Below are positions 11,400 to 24,255 of a stretch of DNA of 64,000 nucleotides, piece after piece. Below the pieces are notes generated by a model. The model did not search any database. It was given only the letters and a program-made list of their open reading frames with translations, and was not told the DNA's origin. Source of the DNA: a virus. A program made the translations under genes and the position numbers. Location of the stretch: IMG/VR virus record IMGVR_UViG_3300040786_000062, one strand, 5' to 3'. The first letter of the stretch is position 1, and each line of letters begins with the position of its first letter.

Positions 11400-13448
11400 A
11401 TGAGTATTAATTTTAAAGATGAGTTATCACATAGCAATCCAACGTATTCAATTGTTGATGAGTCAAATATTAGAGGAGGTAATAGAAGTATTGCGACTTT
11501 TCTAATGCTGGGCTAAGTGCTGAATTCTCAGCACTTCCAGATGAACCTAAACAAAACTATAGTACTCTTATTGATAGAAGTACAGGAGATTTATATTATT
11601 TATCAGGATTAACAGCATCACAAACATCAAGTTGGTCTATAATTAAGCCAGGTTGGTTGTAGGGAATGGTTCTTTAAATACAATAACGAAATGGACAGGA
11701 ACATCATCAGTTGGTAATAGCAGTATTACGGATGATGGAAATACAGTTACTATAAACGCTAACTTTAATGTTTTAGGAACATCATCAACTATAAATACCA
11801 AAATTTAGTAGTCAAAGATCCTATAATATTATGCAGCTACACAATCCGGCTCACCTCTACTAGACTCGGTATATTTATTAATAGAGGAACTGGTGCAACA
11901 CAAGGTTTTATATGGGATGAATCAGGGCAAGAATTTGCATTTATACAGACCCCTGATGCTTCTGATGTTATCGGTAATGTTAATATCGCAACATATTCTA
12001 ATATTAGAGCTAAAGTAATAACAGCAACTAATGGTCTATCTACACCAGTAATAACAATTACAAATGGTGCTAGTAATAATTATATACTAAAGTCAGATGC
12101 AACAGGAAATGCTTCTTGGGCAAGTACAATATCACTTGGTGGTACATCTGGATCGAGCGGATCTCCGGATCATCTGGATCAGCGGTACTTCTGGATCAAG
12201 CGGATCATCTGGTCAAGCGGATCATCTGGATCAGGATCTTCTGGATCAAGTGGAACTTCAAGGGAACATCTGGATCAAGTGGATCATCTAGGTCAAGTGG
12301 ATCATCTGGATCAAGTGGAACTTCTGGATCAAGTGGAACTTCTGGGTCAAGTGGATCTTCTGGGTCAAGGGATCTTCTAGGTCAAGCGATCTTCTGGATC
12401 ATCTGGTGCTAACGGATCTTCTGGATCGAGTGAAGGTGGGTACATCTGGACAAGTGGTACATCTGGATCAAGCGATCATCTGGATCGAGTGGTGTATCTG
12501 GTGCTAACAGATCAAGTGGTATTTCTGGATCAAGGGTACTTCTGATGGAGTACTTCTGGATCAAGCAGATTTACAGGATCAACGGATCATCTGATCGAAG
12601 TGGTGTATCTGGTGCTAATGGCTCATCTGATCAAGCAGATTTACAGGATCGAGTGGTGTATCAGGGTGTGAATGGATCTTCTGGATCAAGTGGATCATCT
12701 GGCTTAACGGGTGCTGGATCTTCTGGATCAAGTGGAGCAGGATCTCCTGGTGGAACAGGTACTTCTGGATCAAGCGGTTTGTCAGTGCTAATGGGTCAAG
12801 TGGATCATCTGGCTTAACGGGTGCTAATGGTTCATCTGGATCAAGCGGATCATCTGGATTAACAGGTGTTGCTGGATCTTCTGGCTCAGCAGGATCAAGT
12901 GGTACAAGTTTGGTAAATGGAATAACAATTACAGGACTGCTACTTATATTCCTTTATTTAATGGCACGAATACATTAACAACTAGTATTGTTACACAACA
13001 AACTATCAATGTGAATAGCACAGCACTGACAATTAACGGACAATCACAATCTGTTTATTTTGAAGTAGGTGCGCTATTACAATATTCGGTACCAACAGTG
13101 GTGAGAATAGTGAAATTTGGAACAACATCAACAACAGTTATAGGTAAATTATATTATCTATCACAAACTGCTTGGAACGTGGCCACCAATACTTCAGTAT
13201 CAACATCATCTGGTTTACTGGGTGTGGCATTAGGAACATCATCTAGTGTTGGTATGTTAGTTAGAGGTAATTCAAATCTAATCACATCAGCATTTCCAAT
13301 CGGTGATATTATATACTTATCAACAAATGGTGATATTACTAATGTTGCACCAACAAATTCTGGTAGTATAGTTAGAATTGTTGGATATTCAAGAGGTACT
13401 AGTTTCTTATATTTTTGTCCTGATAATACTTGGGCACAACTTGTATAA
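11400..13448 (+). CDS. Tail-fibre-like protein with a long (Gly-Ser-Ser)n collagen-like segment
   Basis: N-terminal anchor-like region, about 250 aa of G-S-S/G-T-S/G-A-N triplets, and a C-terminal domain ending FCPDNTWAQLV. Confidence 0.65.
12140..12905 (+). repeat. Degenerate 9-nt (Gly-X-Y) coding repeat, ggatcaagt/ggatcatct/ggtacttct
   Basis: Directly visible tandem units encoding GSS, GTS and GAN triplets. Confidence 0.9.
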
Positions 13449-13520
13449 TTTTAATTATGCTTAAATATTCAAATATAACTTTTACTTTTAATATATACTT
13501 TATTAAAATATAAAATAGAT

Positions 13521-16355
13521 ATGGCTAAGAATATAGGTACTTTAATTTCTAGTGCAATCAGACCAAATGACTCACTAGATCCAATTGCATCTGCATTTGG
13601 TAATGAAATTAAAGGAGGTTTGCATTGTTATCAAAGCATAGCACAAAGAAATGCAATAATTCCAGCTAGAATGGAACTAGGTATGCTTGTTAGTGTTACC
13701 GCAGAGAATAAAATATACAAACTTACTAGTATTGCACCTGTAACTTGGGTAGAATATGGTACTGGTGTAGGTTCTTCATCAGAATGGCAAAATTCAGTGA
13801 AGACAATTAATAGCACAAATGAGCCAAATTCACCTATTTCAGGTGATAGATATTTAATTGGTGCTACCTCATGGTGGACTGCTAATTTAAATAACATTGT
13901 AGAGTTTGATGGTTATAATTGGAACTTTGTATCACCAACCAATGGAATGTCTGTAAGAGTAGATGATGAAAATGGGTAACTTATAAGTATAATGGAGCCT
14001 CTTGGGTTAAAGAAAGAAACTCACAAGTATATAGCATAGATGCAATTGGAGATGGAGTTAACTATACTTCAACCATTTCAGACTTTCTATACACATCATA
14101 TCAAAAGGATGTTATATTTTCTCTAAGTTTAATTTACTAGCAAGCATCAGCAACTATAAATATAAATGGACTTGGTGTAAAAAATATAATAAAACCAACC
14201 GTATATGGACTTACTTCATCTATTTAAATGATATACTAGCAGGAACTATATACAGGTTGACATATGATGGTATTGATTTTCAATTAGCAAGACCATATTC
14301 AGATGAGTTTAATAATAAATATAAAATCGAGATAGGTGAATATATTGTAGTACCACCTAATACACAATATTGGTTATACGGAGATATTAATATAGAAGGT
14401 ACCTTGATAAATTATGGACGTGTGGTTGTGCAAATGGTAATATATTATCAGGTAGTATAGAGAACTTAGGAGAAGGTTCTATTGACCTTATAACGACTGG
14501 TGGTTCAGGAACTTGGTCAGCCGTAGGTATACAAGGCCGACAGGTCCTGCTGGTGGAACATCAGGGTCAAGTGGATTTTCTGGATCAAGTGGGTCATCAG
14601 GATTTAATGGAACATCAGGGTCAAGTGGATCATCAGGTGTTGATGGAAACTTCTTCGGATCAAGCGGATCAAGCGGTGTTAACGGATCTTCTGGAAGTGC
14701 TGGATCAAGCGGTATAAATGGTGTTATCGGTTCTAATTATATATCAACAACTAAAATAGGAATTGATGCTTTGATATCCAGTAATGGCTTAGAAGCAGGT
14801 ACTTTATATAAAATATCCGAGTACATCCTACTCTATATGATGATGGCACAACATCAGGAACTACAATATATCTAAATGCACTAACAACAAATAAATTAAG
14901 TAAAGAAGGACATGGAGAATTCTGGAATCTAAATATGATAAAATGTTGTGGGTTTTGGAGTTTGGTCAAATGTGAATTCTTGGACACCGACTTTAGTTTC
15001 GGGCTATTTTACCGGCAACGAGTCGATTGTTGGCGATGGCGGACAAACAGGTTATTTGTTTGGTGGTTTGCAATCAGGCTTTTGTAGCAACAAGTACAGG
15101 TTGGGGCACAGCATCTTCAATAACAGGATCTACTTCGGCAGCAACCGCAACCGTTACTGCAATTAATTTAAAATCTTATAATATTAGTGATAAAGTTATT
15201 TGGGGTGGTTATTCTTGGACGAATGTGGCTGGTTTGTAGGTGATAAAGTTGATGTTTTAATTATGGATGCAGAGTGGGTAAAAGATATTTATTCTATTAA
15301 TGATTATGATAAAGTAATTGATATTGAGTATGATTATAATAACGATTGGGTAAGTAGACGTTATGAAGTTTCTGGTAGCAATGATGTTATTCACACACTT
15401 GTAGATAAAACTTATTATGGCTGGAATTACTCAGCAATTTCAGTTTTCATGTTTGGTAATGTATATGATGGTATCTTTGGAAAAGGCGTTACCGGAGTTA
15501 AAGTTATAAATAGTTATTTTGAATGTGTGGATTCATATAATTCTAAGTTCATTAATATAATGATAAAGGATGCTGCTTATATTCAAGGTAATCGTTTTTA
15601 TTCATCAACTCTAGAAGATTTAAATTTAGATTCAGAAAGTTATATACAAAATAATACATTAATTAATGGAACTTTATATAGCAATACTTTATCAAATTAT
15701 AGCTATGTTGAATCTAATGTGTTAAATAACGGACGAATAGATTGTTGTAACCTATCATCTAGTTATATTCAAGATAATTACTTTAGAAATGGTGGTATGA
15801 GTTCTAATTCGCTACAAAATTTTAGCGGAATTGGTAATAATATTATTTATAATGGTGGTGGTATTTCTAATAACAATCTTAATTATAGTAACATATATTA
15901 TAATACTTTTTTACACTAGTTATATAGATCAAAATGAAATGTCTAGTTCTTCGAAATATATTATAATACATTTTCAGGTATTTCTGGTTATATTTATAGG
16001 AATTCTATAAATACACTTAGTAGTATTAGAGATAATGCCTTATTACAAAATTCTAAAATTATTCATAACACAGTTTCTAACTCTAGTAGAATTAATCTAA
16101 TTCATTGGCATCTGGTATTGTATTACAAAATTGTGATTTAAAAAATAATAGTTTTTCACATTAGGTATAGTGAATACTTTAACTTCAAATGTTAGATTAT
16201 TGACCATGGAGAATGGTTTAATATCGGGTATTGCAGGATCTACTATTTTAACTGCTGACTATCATAAAACGGCATATAAAAGACCTGATGGAGTAACCAA
16301 ACTAAGGTATTATAACAATAGCGATATTATGGTAATATCTGATATAACAGACTAA
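13521..16355 (+). CDS. Large tail-fibre or receptor-binding-like protein
   Basis: MAKNIGTLISSAIRPNDSLDPIA..., a DUF2793-like motif (GDRYLIGA...NNIVEFDGYNWNFVSPTNGMSVRV), a short GSS run, then an Asn/Ser-rich region consistent with a parallel beta-helix. May be more than one gene. Confidence 0.6.
14530..14720 (+). repeat. Second (Gly-Ser-Ser)n collagen-like coding repeat
   Basis: GTSGSSGFSGSSGSSGFNGTSGSSGSSG... in ORF 14513..14875. Confidence 0.85.
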
Positions 16356-16368
16356 AATAAAATACATA

Positions 16369-17105
16369 ATGATACAAAAATATTTTGAATTCGTAAAATC
16401 TGACTTGGATCCAATTAAGTCATTCTATATAAAGGATGAACTTAATCCAAAAGTATGGGAAGGTTTTGATATAAATGAAAATGTAAGAGAAGCTTTGCTT
16501 AAAATAGCAGAAGACTTTTATGGCTCTACTGAGTTAAATGCTGTTATAAAGATGTTATATTAACTGGCTCACTTGCAAATTATAACTGGTCGGAAAAGTA
16601 TTCTGATTATGACTTGCATATACTTGTTAATTTTGAAGATATTAATGAGGATATAGTATTAGTTAAAAATGTAGATGGTGCAAAAAACAATTGGAACAAA
16701 GAACATGATATCTTAATAAAAGGATGAAGTTGAAGTTTATATACAAGATGTTACTGAAACTCACAAAGCAAGTGGTATGTTCTCTTTTGAAGAATAGATG
16801 GATAACCAAACCTAGAAAAGTAGAATTCGAACCTGACGAGGAAGCAATTGAAGAAAAGGCAAAGTCTGTAATGATGGCAATTGATGATTTAGAGAAAGAG
16901 TTGGATGAAGATAAGTATGAAAAGTATAAAGAGAAAGTTGGTAAGGTCTGGGATAAAATAAAATTACAGAAAAAGCGGACTTGAAGAAGAAGGAGGTGAA
17001 TTCTCTATTGGTAATTTAGTATTTAAACTTTTACGAAGAAATAATTATATTAAAAGATAATGGACTTAAAAGAAGTGCATATGATAAACAATTTGATGTT
17101 GTATA
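16369..17105 (+). CDS. Pol-beta superfamily nucleotidyltransferase with capsid-targeting-like N-terminus
   Basis: After frameshift repair: MIQKYFEFVKS...DVILTGSLANYNWSEKYSDYDLHIL...EVEVYIQD...GGEFSIGNLVFKLLRR, giving the hGS-x(n)-DhDh motif plus a third acidic residue. Confidence 0.8.
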
Positions 17106-17120
17106 AAATAATAAATTGAA

Positions 17121-17819
17121 ATGAATATTAGAATAGCAGAGATAGAAGAAGCATTTAAAGATATATTTAGTGAAGAGGATGGTGTTGTGACATTTGAGAC
17201 TGTGTATGAGAAGTCTGATGATGAGGAATATTTAAAACTTATAATTAGTTTACAAGGACTTTCGACAGAAGATATATCTATTATACATACTAAGTTTATA
17301 TTTAAAACTGACGTAAATAAAAGACATATTATAGAAAATTCTTTTATTTACTTATATGATATAAATTGTGTTTATCATAAAGTTAAGTTTGATAATATAA
17401 TAGATCTTAAAAAGAAAATAGAAGATATAATAGAGTCTAATAACTTTGGTACAGATATACAGATATTATCGGATTTTACCGAATCTCCTGCTATGTTCTT
17501 AAATTACTATATGAAAAGAGCTAAAATTACAGAATATTCAGTATTTGATGTTGAATATGAGCCTAAGTTCAAAAATACTCCATGTGATAAAACAACATTC
17601 GACTTCAATATAAATATCAATGATAACTATGATATAGAAGTTTCTATAAATAAGGTTGATAGAAATGAAGATGATGTTGATGGTATTGACAAGTATAAGT
17701 TGCAGTTTAGATTTATGGACGAAATAGAATCTGTTGAAGTAGACTCACTTAAAAACTTACACTATTTAATTGGTTCGAATATTGCAAAGACATTAGATAG
17801 AAAATTAAAAAATAAATAG
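17121..17819 (+). CDS. Hypothetical protein
   Basis: Intact 232-aa ORF in the same operon as the nucleotidyltransferase. Confidence 0.7.
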   Translation: MNIRIAEIEEAFKDIFSEEDGVVTFETVYEKSDDEEYLKLIISLQGLSTEDISIIHTKFIFKTDVNKRHIIENSFIYLYDINCVYHKVKFDNIIDLKKKIEDIIESNNFGTDIQILSDFTESPAMFLNYYMKRAKITEYSVFDVEYEPKFKNTPCDKTTFDFNININDNYDIEVSINKVDRNEDDVDGIDKYKLQFRFMDEIESVEVDSLKNLHYLIGSNIAKTLDRKLKNK

Positions 17820-18440
17820 ATGAAACATTTAACTAAGTTTGTTAATTATATAATAGAATCAAAGGGTATAATATCTAATGAGGATTTTGATGCATTGATA
17901 ATACCTTTTCTCATATGGGTATTTCTGTTAATGTCCAAGATGATAAAACTTCAACTGTAGATGAATTTAAAGGTAGAAAATATAAAACGATATATTTTGG
18001 ACTTTCTAAAATTAAAGAAAATAATGGATTCTGGTGGTTCTCAAAACTATATATCCGATGATAAAATATGGGAATTTTTTGATGAATTATTGAATCTAAG
18101 GAATCACTTGGGTACCAAAGTTTTGATTAATTTTGGTAGAAGTACACATGGTGGTTGGTATTGTAATATTTCATATTTAGTAGGAGAAGATATTGAATCA
18201 GGTGACCAGTTTGAGTTACTTAGAGTTTATGATCAATTAAAGAAAAGCAAGGTACTGCCAGGACAGATTTTAACTATGGGATGGTGAGTAAGCTATCAGG
18301 TGATGAAATTTTAATCACTGTTAGTTATGATTTTACAAGAAGAAAGTGGAATCTATTTGTGAGAGAAATAGATTTATCTAATTTTGATGTTAATATTATA
18401 GAAAACGGATCTTCTGCTGAAATTAAAATTAAACACAAAT
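17820..18440 (+). CDS. Hypothetical protein, paralog 1 of tandem triplet (MKHLTKFVNYIIES)
   Basis: Contains DDKIWEFFDELLNL, shared with the next two genes. Confidence 0.6.
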
Positions 18441-19068
18441 GAGATATTTAAATAAATTCGTAGAGTATATAAAAAAGCAATGGAAGAAAACTTGACTTAG
18501 ATTTAGTTGAGAATGAGTATTTGGTCCCTATAAAACAACTTGGAGTTGAGGCAGATACTTATATAAGTGTTATAACAACAGGTGAGTTTTCTGGTTATCA
18601 ACTTGTTAACATAAGGCTTAATACATCAGGATTTAATAAAGTAGATAATGATGATAGAAGTCCATTATGACAAAAGAATTTGGGAATTTTAGATGAGTTG
18701 CTTATGTTTAAAATGTAGTTGATAGTTTTGGTGGTAATGAGGTTTCATTGGCACTAAGATATGATAGAGTAGATATAAACATTTATGTTAAAATAGAGGA
18801 AGATGCTAAGTATTTAACAGAGAAGTTATTAATGGAATTGGGTAAAGAACGTAGTCCAAAAATACAACTCGATTATGATTTGGATATTCCTATTATAAAG
18901 GCTTATGTAAATGGCAGTTTAATAGTTTTAATAACTTTGTGAGAAAAATTGAAGCCGATTTATCGAAATTTGATATAGAGGTTATTCAGTTGAATGAAAA
19001 ACCTTATTAACATAGCACGTTATTGGGAAGCAAAAACCTTATTAACATAACACCTAAAAACAATAAGT
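18439..19068 (+). CDS. Hypothetical protein, paralog 2 of tandem triplet (MRYLNKFVEYIKES)
   Basis: LDLDLVENEYLVPIKQLGV...DKRIWEFLDELLMFK. Confidence 0.6.
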
Positions 19069-19070
19069 AA

Positions 19071-19700
19071 ATGATACATCTAACTAAATTTACAGAGTAT
19101 ATAAAAGAAAGTAATGGAAAAGAACTAGACTTGGATTTAATTGAGAATGAGTATTTAGTACCTATAAAACAACTTGGAGTTAAAATAAATATACATAAAA
19201 AAAATGTTAACTAGGGAGACTTTGCTGGAAATAATGAAATAAGTATAAATTTTGATTTTAGTCATTTTGTTAGAGTAAATGGTGATGGAAATAGTGATGG
19301 AAATACTAATGATAAAAGAATTTGGGAATTAATGGATGAGTTGATTATGTTTAAAAAATGTTATTGAATACTATTTTTTAATAATATATCAATATGGCTG
19401 GGTCCGACAACAATAGATATTTCTATGTATACAAAATTAGAAGAGAATGATGAATATTTTATTAAAAAACTACTTGTAGAATTAAAAAGATCTTATAGCA
19501 GAAAAATACAAATTATCAGTTCTGATAATAGTATAAAAGCATATATATATGGAACTAAGAGACTTTGGGATAACTTTATAAGAAAATGAAGTTGATTTAT
19601 CAAAATTTGATACAGAGGTTATACCGTTGGATGATAAAAACAAAAATAACCGTTATTGGCAAGCAAAACCCTTATTAACATAACACATAAAAAACAATAA
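19071..19700 (+). CDS. Hypothetical protein, paralog 3 of tandem triplet (MIHLTKFTEYIKES)
   Basis: LDLDLIENEYLVPIKQLGV...DKRIWELMDELIMFK; its 3' end is similar at the DNA level to paralog 2. Confidence 0.6.
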
Positions 19701-19736
19701 TAATATTTAATATATATTATTAAAATAAAAGTTATC

Positions 19737-20160
19737 ATGGACTACGTAAAGAAAAATATAGTTAATTTTAAAGACTTTTCTAAAGAAGAAGAGAAACAGG
19801 AACTTCTAAACTTAAAGAGGTTTTGTTAAAAATAACAAAACTACATAGTTTTCTAATAATTCAAAGTATAAGTTTAATAAGGTTACTCGTAAGATGGATG
19901 AACTAAGTTTAGATATGGTTGAGGATTCAATAGAAGCAATAGAAGAAATGGATGAAAGTATTAAATATTCTTACTCTGAATTAGAAAGAAAATTAGATGA
20001 TATAATCGATTCTAACATAACTGAGATAAAATATGAAGGTGCTGAAATTGATAAAGATACTATGAAGTATGAAATTATCAATCTAATACGTGAGATAACT
20101 GGTGAGATATATAAAAAAAAAGTAGTTTTGAACTACTCTTTTTTTATAACAATTTAATTA
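19737..20160 (+). CDS. Acidic hypothetical protein
   Basis: MDYVKKNIVNFKDFSKEE start joins ORF 19894..20157; TAATATATA upstream. Confidence 0.5.
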
Positions 20161-21189
20161 AATTTAATTCTCTCATAACTGACTTAGTAACATCACCAAT
20201 TGCAATATTTTCTATTTCATAATCATCTAAATCTACCTTATTAAGTAAAGTTGAGTTCGATTTATACCATTCATAGAAAATATCATAACACATTCTAATA
20301 ATATCATCAAATTCTTTGCTATTTATATCACATTTCAGTATAATTAATGGATATAATGCTACACCCAATATCTTGACATTATATGTAATGAAAAACTATT
20401 ATTCCATTTTAATTCTGCATTAAATCCAAGTTTATCAATATTATCTAGTTTTGTTTTCAGCATCTAAAATATAGTCAATTTTTTTATCTCTATTTCGAGA
20501 TTATCTCGTTATAATGTTTAGAACTAGTATCATCGATAGTATAGTATATCTTACTATCTAATATATTAAAACCAAGATTATACTCAATTGCTAAGTTTGT
20601 CGCAAATGATTCTTCTCTATAAATAGTCATTATATCAACCAATTCTAAATTAATATCATGTTTATTGAAAAGAATTATGATATCATCATTGTATTTAATT
20701 AGAGCATCAACATAAATATCAACATTATTAAAAGTTCCGATTTTACTAATATTAGATGATATTAAACCATCTGTACCCAAACTAGTCCAATTTGTTGGTT
20801 CGAATATTCTAGAATCTCTAATCAGACTAGAAATTTTAGAAGTGGTTATACAATTTGAATACCCACTTCTAACAATTATATCTAAAATTTCATTACTACT
20901 TTGAATTTCACTAAGTCCAATTAAATTAATGTAATCAATAAGTGATGATGACTTTTCTAACTCTTTTACTAAATTTTCTCAATTGATTGTTCTACCTCTC
21001 TAATAACGTACTTGTATAAATTTCTTCAATGTTAGGTTTGTTATATATAGTGAGTCGAATTCTGGAATAGATATAGATATTTTACATCTATTAAGATTAT
21101 CACTAGACAAGTTTTTATTCATATGATAATCATTTAATTCAATGTTCTCAAATGATTTAGTTATGCCTTCAATAATTTTATTATACATC

Positions 21190-22117
21190 CGACTTTTAAT
21201 TTTTCTCCTGTCTCTGGTTATAATTCATTATAAGTAATTCCACACCTTTTCAGAGTAACACCTTCAACCTTTTTACAGCAGCGGATGGTCTATGAAACTC
21301 TTTTGAGGTCCAGAAATACTCATCTTTAGGTAAAATTTCTTCTAATAACGGAAAGTAATAATAAGAAAGTGACCATCTACTCTTTGTAGTCTTCAATAGT
21401 TCTAGTAACCTTCTATGCGAGGACACACCAAAAGTCTCTTCTGTGTCACATCCATACCAAAACAATCGTCTACCATCATCATCGTTTTTTATCTCGTTAA
21501 AACGAGCGTATGGTGGATCAAGGTAGATATAAGTATCTTCTGCGTCATGTCTTTTTATAACTCCTTCAAAATCCTCACTGTTAAACTCGGATATATTCTG
21601 TAACCTTTCTGTATACTTGTTTTTCTCTAATTTATTAATCAAAACCATTAGTTTTAATTTATCGGTTTTCTTTACAAAGCCAGTAAAACCACCTCCACGA
21701 GGATATACACTTGAAAATGATGATGTTATTAAGAATGCATATATTCCTGCCTTAGATAAGTCACCTATTTCGAAATTCATATCATCTAAAAGTCATTAGT
21801 TACATACTTTCGATATATTGCTTTATAGAAATCCCATTTCTTATCTAACTCTGTCTCTGTTGTGTATAACAAACCACCAACCGACATTAGTTTTTTTAGT
21901 TCTACTAAAACTCTTCTGGTCTTGAACAACACTGAATAAGATTTGCTTGGTGTTTATTTCTGTCATTAAATATGACATTTTCGAATTCTAAGTTAGAATC
22001 TAAATAAATAGCAAATGAGCCAGAAAAGGCTCGACATATGTTTTACAGTCTCTTGGTATTTTAGGTTATGAAAGATTGAAAATTGGCCTTTCCACCAAAG
22101 TAGGCTATGATACTCAT
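21190..22117 (-). CDS. Dam-like D12 class N6-adenine DNA methyltransferase
   Basis: MSIIAYFGGK...YVEPFSGS (motifs X and I), IFND, EDF, YIYLDPPY (motif IV), C-terminal ELLIMNY. Confidence 0.92.
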
Positions 22118-22164
22118 ATTTTATAGTTTTATTAATTATATAAAGTATAAAGTAAAAGTTTAGT

Positions 22165-22698
22165 GTGCATAGTTAACGACACCATATTTTATATAAGGAA
22201 TTTCTAAATAAACTCCAATATATGCACCCATTATTTCTTAAATAAAATATTTTCTAATCCGTCTCCTTTTAACTCTTTTCTAACTTCCATCAGAATTTTC
22301 CTAAGTGGTTTTCCTTTACCATCACAGATACCCCAAAAAAAATCTTCCAAAAATTCCTTCTATAAGTTCTTCTTCCAGTTTCTAATAGTTGTTTTTAAGT
22401 AACTCATTTTAAACTTTCTCTAATAGCAAAGTTCATAAATTCAAGTTTCTTAACATCCCAGTCTTTCTTAACTTTATCTTACTACCCAATCTCTTTACTT
22501 TTCCTGCACTTTCAATAGTAGCAATAAACTCTCTAAAATCACCAGTTGTGTAATACTTACCATCTATCAATTGTTCATCATTAGACTTCATCGCAACATA
22601 AAATGCTCAACACTTGGATATTTTATACCTTGATGTTCTATACTACAAGTATAGAAGTTTGACAGAAAACTATATCTACCTTCAAATTTATCAATCAT
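22165..22698 (-). CDS. NADAR (YbiA/DUF1768) family protein
   Basis: FLSNFY...YPSVEHFYVAMK...KRLG...LRKDWD...M...KF...LL.TG...LIEG...FWG...G.N.LGKILMEVR. Confidence 0.88.
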
Positions 22699-23583
22699 TT
22701 AATATTTCTTTAATTTTATTATCTCTTATTAACCATTCTCTATTATGCTTATACTCATCTATCCTATAAGAAGAATATGTTGATTTCCTATATTCCAGAT
22801 TCCACATCTATTATATTCAAATGGATTAAAACCTGACTTGGTTTCATTCCAATTTATATCATATGCGTTGTATGTTGGTATATGTGATTTTTTGTTTTGG
22901 TTAATGTTAAATAGTTATCATTTTTTATAAGTAATAAACCTTCGTTATTACAAGCTTCAGTTATAATCTCTATGCTTTCCTTAAACTTTTCTTCGCCATT
23001 TAGATGATATATACTACTTAGTGCTTGACTTAGGTAATATGGAATATATCCAGGTTTATTATTATTATAAAATATAAGATAGTCGTGATTTAATTGATTA
23101 TCATATAGTAGACCCCATACATAGAATATATTGTATCCATTACTTTATGTCTAGGTAAAGTTCTGTTAAAGTTCATCATCACTTCCGCTCATTGTATTTA
23201 ATTCTGTTATATATTTATTATATAATAATTTATCATTTTTTTAGTACTTCTGACCATTCGTTCAATCTTGCAATTCTAACCAACTCATTATAGTTAGTAT
23301 CATCTATTTTATTTTTTAGGTAGAAAATTGGACCCACAAGTGTTCCACTTTAACTTCCTTCCATCATATGTAATATAATAATAATCATTTAAATCAGAAC
23401 CGAGCGCCACAAATCGCTCCACCTTATTATACTCTACAATGATAAACTCTCCTTTATGTTTTTCGAATTCTCCTAAAAATTTAACTAAATTGCTATCCAT
23501 ATTTATTTACTATTTTACAAATATACTTAAAAAATAAAGTACTATTATTTTTATATATATTATATAAAAATAATTATAAAGAT

Positions 23584-24255
23584 ATGTCTTTAGAAAGAAG
23601 AAAAACTACGGAGCAGTTTATAAAAGAGTCTAAAAATAGATAAATATGATTATAGTTTAACAGTTTACACAACTCGAAAAAATAAAATAAAAGTAATATA
23701 TGATGATATAGTATATGAGCAGTTACCCGCTAATCATATGGTATATGCACCAGAGAAACTATCTATTTTATTATACCGATTATTTATAAAAAAATCAATT
23801 AATATAAATGGAAATCGATATAATTATGAAAATCTAAGGTAATCCAGGTATAAGGAAAGTTATTAATATGTAATAAGAAAGGACATGGTGAATTTTACAA
23901 ACACACATAATCATATTATGGAAAAGGTTGTCCAAAGTGTAGAGAGTCAAAAGGTAGTAAAATAAAAAGTATTTTAGATGAAAATAATATAAAATACAAA
24001 CAAGAATATAAATTTAAAGATTGTAAAATAAACAAGAACTACCATTTGACTTTTATCGAATCTATCAATACTTGTATTGAATTTGATGGTATACAACATT
24101 ATAAATCTATAAAATTTTTGGTGGAGATAAAAGATTAGAAGAACAAAAAGTAATGATAATATTAAAAATATATTGTTATAAAATATATAATTTAATAAGA
24201 ATAAGTTATAAAGAAATAAGTAAAATAAAGGATATCATAGAAACAATTATAAATA
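23584..24255 (+). mobile_element. Free-standing homing-endonuclease-like gene (DUF723-type repeats plus PD-(D/E)xK nuclease), frameshifted
   Basis: TTEQFIKES...YDYSL...K.K..IC.K.HGEF....NH..GKGCPKC.ESKG...QEYKFKDCK...LPFDFY...CIEFDGIQHY...FFGG...D.IK. Confidence 0.75.

Noticed and set aside
12140-12905. Possible CRISPR array or non-coding repeat array
   Set aside because: The units are 9-nt degenerate codon triplets in a coding frame, with no constant repeat and unique spacer structure and no cas genes.
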